Below the pieces are notes generated by a model. It saw nothing but the letters and a program-made list of their open reading frames with translations, searched no databases and was not told the origin of the DNA. The translations under genes and the position numbers were made by a program. 64,000 nt of DNA, taken from NCBI RefSeq assembly GCF_009914755.1, contig NC_060925.1. The stretch is one strand, 5' to 3'. The stretch comes from the human T2T-CHM13v2.0 reference genome, Homo sapiens. How positions within the stretch are numbered: position 1 is the stretch's first letter; every line of letters starts with the position of its first letter. Shown here piece by piece: positions 51,751 to 64,000 of the stretch.

Positions 51751-54700
51751 ATCTCAGTAGTCTTTGAAAAAATGTACAGAATATGAAAGATATTATAGGT
51801 CTTTTCCTCCTATAATACAACCAGGAAATTATTCAGGCTAATTTTTTCAGAAAAATTATTACAATAAATTATGATCTCCCTTTGAAAGGTATAATGTATT
51901 CAAACCTTTTTAATTAGCTAATCTTTTCCTGTGAAATCTTAAATATTTGCACGTATAATTGGTAATTTTAGCTTTTATGTAGGTATGTTTCCCCCTGGTG
52001 TTACTTACAAAACCTGGCTTACTCAAGGCCCAAAGTCCACCCCACTAGTAAACTCTCTCGTCTCTGTTCCTGTGCCAAGTGCTCTTCCTTTGTTACCAGG
52101 TCCACATAATTAATAGCTTTATCATATGAGGTAATTCAGTTACTCAGCAAAACAAATGATATACACTTTTAGAAATAGCTCTAGAAAGTAAACTTGAACG
52201 TAAAATTGTTTAGTAAGAGGAAATTTCTGTTTGTCTTTAATTAAGAGAAACTGTATGGAAATGTAAGCTAAGGATGCATTAATCAGAGAAGTTGGCATTG
52301 CACTGTTCTTCATTTTTATTTGGCATAGATTGCATGGGTGCTCATTAAATAATTTGTATGACTGAAATAACTTGTGATAGTTCTTGCTAAAGTTTTGCAT
52401 GGACTCAGACTAAAGAAACTTTAAAATTTGAATTAAAAAACATTCAATTCTTAGGTTTGAAGGTTTGAGTTACTTATTATAACTGAAAATCTTTATTATC
52501 AAAATGTGTGTTCATTATAGTGTTTGCTTGCCTTCTTGGGTGAAGAAATACTTATTATGAGAGTATGTAGATTTTCCGTGAAGAATTAGTAATCATGCAT
52601 CAGGTTGATACCTGGTGAGTAGATATTTGTATTTAATGCTCTTAAATTTTAACAGCCTTGCCTCTGTATGCCCTGCTCATCTGTGTCTTACCAACTTTGA
52701 TATTGTTTGAAAAATAAACATTTGAAGGAAGAAGTTTGCATATTTAGAGGGTTGGTAGTTCATTACCTGCATGTAGGTTATGCCCACGTCGCAAAGAAAT
52801 CTGATCTATATGGGTAACATATTTGGATAATCAAGGCCAAGGTAAAGGGATTCATTCCCCCTTCTTGAATTTTATGGTTTCTGTATGTCAAACCAGATTT
52901 CATTGGTTTAAATCTTGTGGTGTACACTTGGCCATTGATTTGGTTTGAGCTCTGTAATATTTGTAATTATGTGAGATGACAAGATTGAATTAACTTAATT
53001 GTAGAGTTTTACATAGTGTCTGTATCAACATCCTAATAAAATAATATGAAATTCAATAAGTAATGCCAAGTGGGACAGTGAGCCACTCACATAAGCTTAC
53101 TAAACTTGATATATTCTTATGGCACTCCTCCAGAATGTAGAAGAAACACATTTATCTAGGTGATTAGTATTCTTTCTGTCTGCCAGATTTAAGGATTGTT
53201 TGGAAATATTGTTAGAATCAAAATCAACGTTTGTTACTACACAGGGTTGAGCATTCCAGGCACACTCTGGTCGTTTTGTTATTCTAATGTCCACTTATTT
53301 CATGTCTGCCGTGACCGTGACAGTTTTCAGTCACACAGAGCTGCCATCAAAAGAGTGATAAGCTTGTAAGTGAAGCCTTTGGGGAAGCAATAAAGTCATT
53401 TTTCTGGTCCCATCTCAAAAGACATTATTGGAAATTTATTTAAAAGTGATCAAGGTAGCACATACGAGGCCTTCTACAGTTTGCATTTTGGAAGTTATTA
53501 ACAATCTGCAGTTAAGTCCATTTAAAACTGAAAGTGGCTCTTCCACAAACTACTTTTTAAATAGCTTGCTGGTTCTAAATTTAAGGAGAATGGAAATATT
53601 GGAAATTAAAAGTCAAAAGAAATTTCTGGGGCATAAGATCCTTTCAAGTTTACAATTTCTCACTTTAGATTTAAAACTTGAACACGGCCATACTTTGCAT
53701 TTTATGATATCTAATTAGTGCCTTGTAATATATTTTGTGAACAGTATCTGTTAGCCATAATATCAGGGACAGTTTAAAAAATCTTCAGTACATTTATGAT
53801 AAAAGTATTAGCATTGTAAGGTCTTAAATTGACATCTAGGACATTAGGAAATCAAATTTAAAGCATTGCATTGTCTGTTACTCAATGGAGTGGACTGAGG
53901 ACAGCGTGTGACTTGTGTACTGCAAATGATGCAATAGCTAAATATCCTAGTGTGAGTTAAGGTTGATTAAGTGATCATCTTTAACTCTGCTTTTCCCAGG
54001 GCTCTTTGAACTCTTGTTTTATTAGGTAATATGCTATGCTGTTATTTTATTGCTGTTTAAAAAACCTTCTCTTTTGGGAAAGAAAACATGTGAATTCTTT
54101 GGTTTCTAGATAGAAATTAGCAATCTTTTGCTCGGAATGTAAAAGTATGCTGTATTATCACAAACTGACCCTCCTCCTCCCCCAGAATTCTAGGGAGTAA
54201 AATGCGTGCACAGGAAATCAGAAATGGATCAACAGAGTTATAGGTTTTAAAAAAACTGCCTTGCATTTTTGCCCTGGAATTAATTTTCAGTGAAAATTAA
54301 AATATTTTTTCTGTTCATCTGGAATCAGTTTTTACTTCATTAGCAGGAAATGCTAAATATACATTCAGCACAAATAGAGTTTTCTTTATGGGACACAGGA
54401 TTTGTACTCCATAGGTAGATGTGTAACATAAAAGAATCTTTCTGCTCTCCTTGTAATTTTCTCCCTCTTACCCTCAATAAGTTAAAAGAAAGGAAAATTT
54501 TTTAACCTAACCTGTTAGGAACCATTTTAGTGTAGCCTCTAGTATTTTGATAAAACAAAATGTTCACTAGCTGGACCCTGGTGGTGATAGCATGAAGGAC
54601 TGGGGTAGAACTCTCTTTTTCATTTTCTTTTAATCCTGAAGTTACATCACTGTGCAGTCAGCTCAACTTGTGTCATTGCAGTAGGAAGATATGTAGGTGG

Positions 54701-55544
54701 AAAGCTATTCCAGAAGGAGGCTGGAGCTACCTTCCCTGACAAGAAAAAAAATCCAAGCAAATACATACATAAAAAGACACTCAAAGCATCATAGAATGTT
54801 ATAGTTATAAGGGACCATAGGTTTCATTTAACGCACATTTTAGCATCCAGGTCCTACATAAAATGTATATTTTGTGATTGTGAATGGGAGTTTTCCATAT
54901 TTAAAAGTTAAGTTTATTAATGTGTCATTTTACCCATCATGTATTTGTGGCCATTTTTTTAATACCACGAATGGGAACATCCTGTATCATAGTTTCTTTT
55001 TATTTGTCTGGATGCTTGTGTATGCCTTTTAGTCTACTAATATGCTCACATGTGCAAACTAACAAGAGAAGATGGCAATCCGGTATTATAAACTGGTAAA
55101 GAGTTATAGTGCAGTAAGACTGGATTAACTGTGCTTTCAGCAGTCAAGTTGCTGTAAGAGTTATATTGTAAAGTTTTAGACTAACTTGCATGTATCCCAG
55201 AGTTTGCACGGTGTTGCTGAGTGTCTCGTTAGACATACACCCTACCTACTATTCTCTCCTGACATAAAAAAAGGTGGTAATTGAGCTGGCATCTAGAAAG
55301 TGGTGGTAGCACTACAGATTGTATCACTAATCCCAAACAAAGGAGTTGCAAAACACCTTTCTTTAAATATTTTCTCTTCATGGTGCAACTGGGGAGGGCC
55401 AAATTCCAGCCTTAATAAAGTTTTAACCTGACCAGTTGGTAGAAATGGCAGAGTAATAGAATGTTTGGTCCAGAAACCAATGTGTGGACTGTGTCTAGGA
55501 TTAGACTCTGCATTTCTGTCTGTTCCAGATGAGCTGCTCATTTC

Positions 55545-55715
55545 TTTTCTTTTTTTAATTTAAATTTTTAAGTTCTGGAGTACGTGTGAAGGATGTGCAG
55601 GTTTGTTTCATAGGTAAATGTGTGCCATGGTGGTTTGCTGCACCTGTCAGCCATCTTCTAGGTTTTAAGCCCAGCATGCATTTGCTATTTTTCCTAATGC
55701 TCTCCCCCACCCAGC
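55545..55715 (-). mobile_element. Short 5'-truncated L1PA-type 3' end
   Basis: TTTTAAGTTCTGGAGTAC...GTGCAGGTTTGTTTCATAGGTAAATGTGTGCCATGGTGGTTTGCTGCACC; TSD-like AGCT..TCATTTC flanks. Confidence 0.85.
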
Positions 55716-58700
55716 CCAAGCTCTTCATTTCTACTCAGTACGTATGTCCATGTATCCAGGAGAAATGGAGAGTTCTACTTTTGGATTCTTCTAGAGAGAT
55801 TCCCTGTGGGACTTCTAACCCCTAATCAGTATTCTTCCGTTGATGATAATCTACTTAAATGATATCCTATCATCAGAATCCCTTTATGGAATTATCTTTG
55901 TATTTTGCACGTTCTTCCATTCTAGCTTCTAAATGTAATTTTTCCTCCCTTAAATCATTTTTCTAATGGAGACAACATTCAAATACATAGGACAGAGCCC
56001 ACAGCCAGGGCGGGAAACCTGCATAGTGAGGCTGGTTTTGATACGCAGGCCATCCTACTGGCAGCTGTTTTGTAGGCAGCTTCATGTAATAGTGCAGAGG
56101 GTACAGAGAGAGAGACCTACACTGTGATTTCTTTCGTTTGTATATTTTGTATTGAAATTGTAGATTTTTTGGTTGGAATTTATTTGAGATGATTCAAGAC
56201 ATTTTGCATAGTACTCAAATATAGGTGAAAGAATTTCAAGTTTGCTCATTTTGGCATAATTCTAAAACAAAAGTGTTACTGTTGGATCTGGGCATGTGAT
56301 GGGTGAATGAGTGTTTCAGTGAAATGACATAAGTCTGTATAATTTGGAGGGTAATGATGCCTTAGAACAAGAATAAATCTGGAGCGATGGAAAGGCTCCA
56401 TATTCTAGATGAATGCATGCTTCCTCTTATGACTCTGAAAAATAAAATTAAATCTTTATTTATACAAATCCAGTGAGGGGGGAAGGCTACATGGGTTTGG
56501 CTTAATGATATATTTCAGAACAGGAATATTAGCCTTAACCTCTTTCCTCACATTGCATATGATATTTAATCCATCATCTTTGTTTTAAACAAACAATACA
56601 CAAGCTGTTGCTGGCATTGGTATAAAGCTGATGGTCCATCTGGAGAGCAGGAATATAGATCAGGAAAATAAGAGAATTGAAATTGGGTGCAAGGGCAGAT
56701 TTGCATGTGTAAAAACCTTTCTGTTTTACCAGCTTTTATCAAATTATTTAATACTGGGCAAAACAGATTCCTTTTTCTTGAAGCTGAGAAAGATACCTCC
56801 TCCTAGAGGAAGAGTTGCTTCAGTGTTCTAGGAAGAACAATTGGTTTTGAAAGACAATAAAATAATGAGCCATTAGGATCATGTTTTGTAATATAGGGAG
56901 TTGGTGTGGAAGAGGAGAGAGAGGACTGCTGGTGTAGTGAGTTCTTGTTCTAGCTGTGTATGATCATTGGCCAGTCGTTCAGCTTCTTGGCCTTCAGTGC
57001 TTCCTTTGACTCAAGTCAATTCAGCAACCATTTATTGAGGCAAATGTGAGGATGTTCTGTGGGCTACCTATTTAGCTAGGCATTGTGGATCCATAGACAA
57101 GTATGACTGGGTCCTATGCTTATGAAACTCCAGGTCTTACAATGGAAACATACTGTGGTTGAACGATGTAGAGAGTGTTGTATATGAGATATGGGTGCAC
57201 AAAAACAGGAAAAGTCAATTCTGTCTGGTGTAGACAGGAAGAATTGTATTACAAATCCTTCTTAAGGATTTTCTATTTTGACATGCAAGAGGAGCAGGCA
57301 TTCCAGGTATTTGAATACTGAGAGATTCAAATTATCAGCAAGGTTCTTTCCAGTTCCACGTTTGTTGTGTTATCAGTGTAAAATTATTTGAATAGCTTTC
57401 CACTGATGAGTTATTAGCTGAAAAGTGTTTATTGTCATGGTTGAAAGAAAATAATAATGAAAGAAGAAACGATTACCTTTAGTGATAAAGTTGGGGCCGG
57501 ATGGGACGAAGCAGTGCAATTTTTTTCTTTATAATTATTCCCCTATTTGAAAAATCAACTTGTATATGAGGCAGCAAACACCTTGCAGAGCAGCATTCCC
57601 TTTTAGTTTCAGGACGTGGTGGTGGATGGAACCACTGTAACCTGGCCTCCCTCCATGAGAGGAGGGAATCCAGGTGGCCATGTTGAAATGTGCCTGTGTG
57701 CAGCAAGGCTTCTGAAATGACAAGAGAGCCCAGCAGCTTCCAAAGCAGCTGTGACTCTGGATCTCACCCATCATCTCTGCTTCTCACTGTTAGAGGAGTG
57801 AATCTGTGCTGCCTTAGGAGGCATGGAACCTGGGACTTTTCTTCCTTGTTTAATGTTTAATTTTATTAAAATAATTTGTAAGTGATAGATGTTGATCTCG
57901 TGACAAAAGAGAGATTCCCTCTTTATAAAACTATTCTAACTAAAGATCTTTTGTAAGCCCATGTGTTAGAAATAAAACTTGAATATCCCCTTTTTTGTTG
58001 TTGTTTATGAATGGCCAATAATTTATTCACATGTGACATTTGAGCTGGCATTTTTTCCTCCTGAGATGACAGTAGCGTCCGCTGTGTTGTATTCTAAAGC
58101 AAAGTCAGAATAGCCCTTTGCTTTTGTCCCGATTAGTAGTTCTGTTTTGCCTTCTTGCCTTTTCCATTTAGACCTTATGGTATTTCCTAAACCTTAGACT
58201 GTTTTGAAAGGCTTTGATTAAAATATGCTGATAAAAGAATTCGATAACCAAGTTAGGAACGACAAGGCTATCTGGAGAAGACCAAATGACTTGGCAGCCT
58301 AACAAATTCTATTCAGAGCACACAAAGAGATCCTGGAACGTTTTATAGGGACTCGTGTGTGGGGAATGGTATGAACTCAGGTTACCTGCAAAATATGGTG
58401 TCATATGGAAACATTTAAGAGCTTATGGAAAATTCTTTGAAATAAAGTGGAATGAGCTAGCAAGCATATTATACCTAAGAAGAAAAACAAGAGCATTCAT
58501 TCTGGTTTTTTAAGGTAGCTGCTCAAGGAAGGGAGATAGATGAAAGTAAATTGTTTTCTACTTTGTACACATAATATAGAAGAGATCACCTAAGCCTAGT
58601 TTTGCTAACCAGACCCTAGACTTAAAATTAGAGGTCATGATGTCTAGCCACCTTCCTCTGTAGGAACCTCTCGTGATACCCTGAAAGCCTCTGCTTAAAT

Positions 58701-58789
58701 ACTTCCAGAGAAAAGTGAGGAAGGTAGGGGTGGGGATGAAGGTTTGCAGGAACTCATGTTGAGTACCTAGTATCTGCAAGATACTAGAG

Positions 58790-58975
58790 TAGGTACTTTA
58801 TCGCCATCTCATCTGACTTATGTATGAGTGCAGGTTTTATAACCCTCAAGTTTACAAGTGAGGAAACTAAGTTTATATAAGTGTCACGAAACTTGCTTCA
58901 GTTCAGATGTCTAGCTTGAGGCAAATCTGAAATTAGAACCTAGGTCCATCTTCTTGCATTACACTAAACTGCCTC
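58790..58975. mobile_element. MIR remnant
   Basis: TTTACAAGTGAGGAAACTAAG...AACTTGCTTCAG...TTAGAACCTAGGTC. Confidence 0.55.
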
Positions 58976-59224
58976 TCAGGATGAGGGAGAGCTCCCTTCA
59001 TGGCTAAGGCAACCTCTTCTGTCTAATAATGCAGATTCTTTAAAAATTCTTTCTTTTATTTAACTGAAATCTGCCTCCCATTAACATCTCTCATTGGTCC
59101 TGATTCGGCCTCAGGAGGATCACAGAGCTGATGCAATTCTCTTTCCTTATGCAGGTATGTTTGCAACCACTGCTGCCAAAATGGCCTCTGCCATCTTTTA
59201 CCTAGTTGGTTTTTTTTGAAAATG

Positions 59225-59225
<1 letters not shown>

Positions 59226-59273
<48 letters not shown>

Positions 59274-59286
59274 ACACACACTCACA
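59226..59286. repeat. (CA)n microsatellite
   Basis: Read directly from sequence. Confidence 0.95.
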
Positions 59287-59582
59287 GAAATATCCTCTTA
59301 TTGACTGCAATCCATCTTTCAACATATGGAGTTCTTTTTGAATACTAGAGGTATAGCCTTAAAGAATATGAGTATCAGAAGATACTTTAGTTTCATCTTT
59401 CCCTGCCTGATTCATCAGCCAATTGTTAGTATGCCATCAGTCAAGCCATTAATAAAAATAATGAACAAGGTGAACAGGATAGGTTAACTTGTAGTCTATG
59501 TATAAGTTTCCGAAGTTGCATGCAGAATTTAGCCTATATGTGAATTTTTCTGGAAAAATGGTCAGTAACTATTGTCAGATTC

Positions 59583-59867
<285 letters not shown>

Positions 59868-59871
59868 AAAT

Positions 59872-60278
<407 letters not shown>

Positions 60279-60899
60279 TATTGAGAAGTACTCAGAGTAG
60301 AGAACTTACTCCCGAATGAATATACTAACCTCTTTGAGGAGAGCTCCCCAAATGACCATAAATTCATATAGCTCAGCCATCACTAGACCGTGTATTTCAG
60401 CCAGAAGATATGGTGAATGGTCTTGTAAGATGCCTGACTAAATTAAAGTATTAAAGTATTTCTTGAATTCTCTTGATATTCCTGGACTTTGAGAAAGAAT
60501 AATTATGCCCTTAAAAATGGAAAAAGAGACTGCAATATTGTTATACAGGCCTTTTAAAAAAAAAGTATCCTTAAATTTTTAGTTACAGAGTTCACTTTTT
60601 TCCCCTACTTTTCTTTGTTTTAGATTATAAGCCCAGGATTGTTCACCAGAAGGTTACCCTTTAGTCTGCAGGAACCTTTGAAAACAGATGTGGTATTGAA
60701 GAATATCTCTGTAAGCCCAGAACTTATCCATTGTATAAAGAATTTTATTTTCCCCAGTAGACCGGGAGCTCCTCAAGGGCAGGGACCTTTGCAAGTCTTT
60801 GACTCCCTAGCACTGAACCCAGCATCTGGCAAATCTTATTTCATGTGACTTTATTTTGGCTGAATGGCCTAAAAATGCGCTTGTACTGAGCACCTAATA

Positions 60900-61052
60900 C
60901 ATTTAATTTAATTTTTAAATTTTTATTCAATAATATAGACATGGAGTCCCCCTATGTTGCCCACGCTGGCTCAAACTCCTGGCCTCAAGGATGTTCCTGC
61001 CTCAGTCTCCCAAAGTGCTGGGATTACAGGCATGAGCCACTGCACCAAGCCC
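60900..61052 (-). mobile_element. FLAM/Alu left monomer
   Basis: Single arm; TSD CCTAA(T/C)ACATTTAAT. Confidence 0.82.
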
Positions 61053-61150
61053 TAACACATTTAATAAATTGTAAGGAGGAAGAACAGTGGACCGCAGTGA
61101 GATATGGTCTACAGGGAAAATGAAGAACCTCTTCAAAAATGATGATCTTC

Positions 61151-61410
61151 AGGCCTGTAATCCCAGAACTTTGGGAGCCGAGGCGGGTGGATCACTTGAG
61201 CCCAGGAGTTCAAGACCAGCCTAGGAAACATAGCGAAACCACATCTCTACCGAAAAATACAAAAATTAGCCATGCTTGTAGTCCTAGCTATTAATACGTG
61301 GGAGGCTGAGGTGGGAAGATGGTTTGAGTCCGGGAGGTGGAGGTTACAGTGAGCCACTGTACCCCAACCTGGGTGACAGAGTGAGACCCCATCTCAAAAC
61401 CAAAAAAGAT
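61151..61410 (+). mobile_element. AluJ-like element
   Basis: GCCTGTAATCCCAGAACTTTGGGAG...GAGCCCAGGAGTTCAAGACC. Confidence 0.87.
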
Positions 61411-61717
61411 GACCTTTATTATGTTTGACATTTAAAAAAATGTAGCCAAAGTAAAAGTGTTGATTAGCATAACCCCGATCACATGTTGTTGTTGAAAATG
61501 AGCACTGGCTTGCATAAAATGGACATTCATGGACATGAAATGGACATTAATGATTTTACATATGTTAAGAAGAGAATTTTAGACTTGAGACCTTAGGGAG
61601 ATCTGTTGATAGAATTCCCTATGCTCTACAGATAAGGATACTTAGTGAAGGGACTTTCCTAAGCTCACAGACCCAGAAGAGTAGTACTCTTTCCAGCCAA
61701 TGGTGATGCTTACTTAT

Positions 61718-62027
<310 letters not shown>

Positions 62028-62093
62028 TACTTATGTGTTTTAGAAAAATCTTTAAAATGTTAAAAGATGACAGGTAATTTCTAGACCATATGA

Positions 62094-62554
<461 letters not shown>

Positions 62555-64000
62555 AGTCATGCTACTTTATAATCTGAAGTTACCAGTTCTTTGCAGTGTT
62601 TCACATTAGGGGCATTCTCCAAAGGGAACTTTAGAGATAACAAATATGTTAAAAATATCGAATAAAGTTAGAGATGTGGGGAGACATTCCTACTCCTACA
62701 GAGAGCAACCATACCTTCCTATAGACTGTGCACTGAAGAAAGGGCGGAGGGGATGCGCCTGTTAGAGTTAGAATCTTGGCTTGATAGGCAAGGAAATTGA
62801 CCCGGTGTGGTGGTTCTTATATTGGTAAGAAGACCCTTCTTTGGTTTCTTTTTTTCCAGATAGCTAAAGTCAATGTCAGTGATTGCTTCAAGCATGATAG
62901 TCTTACCAGCCTACACTCTAAGCTTTTCTTATGCTTCCAGAATGACTTACTCAGCAATCACTTCTACTTTGTATTAAAACAGTTTTGGTTATTCAGGTAG
63001 GAAGAAGAGAAAAAAACCAGGCTGTTTCCAGTTGTCTGGGGTTTACATTATGTTACCTCTCAGACTGTTAGTGAAATCAGGGAGACTAGTGGTTTTTACG
63101 GCATCAGAGATACCAAATGTATAACAGACAGATGTCATCTTACTCTTTTTAAGTCATGGACAAAAAGACAGACACATTGCCCTGTAACTTTCAGATCTTC
63201 TGTAACCTTTTTAAACAACATAGGAGAGAAGTTGGTACTTGTACCCAAGGGAAGAGAAAGTTAATGAGTAGAAAAGACAGAATTTATTTAGGAAAACGAT
63301 GGAATTAAGCTCTGGACAAAACATGCATCAGTGATGCATAACATTTTTGTTAATTGGGTCTTAACAGGTTTCTGACTCATATGGTAATCATTGTAGAAGT
63401 GGGTCTTACTAGACCACGCCAGTGGCAAATCGCGAAGCTGTAAGAACTCTTACCTCCCTGTGTGTGTGCACCTGAGTGTGTGGGGGGGCGTACGTTTCTG
63501 TAGCTTAATTTAGGTTCCACATACACTTCAGTGGTTAAACCTGAGCTAGACTCAAATAGTTTGTTTCCATTAAGAAAATGAATCTTTTATGTGGACCAAG
63601 GTCAGGTTAGTTAATTTGTTTGCTTTTATTGGAATAACTTTTCCCATTCCAATTCATCACTTAATTTTAAGTGGTTCTACTAAAATACCCATTAAAGTCC
63701 TTTACATTTCTCACAGACTAGGGCTATGACAGATTCATAAGACGTTTCTTTTTTCCTCAAGGCACAAAAGGTAGCTTTTCTGGTCATCAACCTAGTCTTC
63801 CTTGTTCCTAATTTCACAACAGTGGGGCAACATTTTATATAATACCAATATGAACTCTAATTGCAAAGAGACTAAATGAAATCTTCACACGAAGCAAGAT
63901 TAATTAAAATATAAAATGTGCTTGACTGTGGTAAAACATTTCTTTTAAAAAAAATAGTATGACTTTTTTTTTTTTTTTTGCTAAATCTTTCTTTTTTGTA

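Overview
Human (primate) genomic DNA covering the 5' end of NFIA (nuclear factor I A, chr1p31), on the + strand. It holds two CpG-island promoters (~9.6-10.2 kb and ~14.7-16.7 kb) and three alternative first coding exons: ATG only at 10418-10420; MQMCRP... at 14736-14839, splicing into 15553; and canonical MYSPLCLTQ at 15584-15610. These join the 532-nt exon 2 (20941-21472), which encodes the NFI/CTF DNA-binding and dimerisation domain. The remaining ~42 kb is the start of the long intron 2. The flanks carry Alu, MIR, L2, L1, L3, MLT1 and Tigger3 repeats, but ~20 kb around the promoters and exon 2 has no Alu. Nearly all other ORFs in the track are spurious. I find no new multi-gene system. The best leads are: an intron-2 read-through plus AATAAA that could yield a DNA-binding-domain-only isoform; an Alu with an apparent 3' transduction; a promoter module with NFI, RBPJ and double-octamer sites; uORFs; and a candidate recursive splice site. 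Repeat boundaries and subfamilies were read by eye and are approximate.
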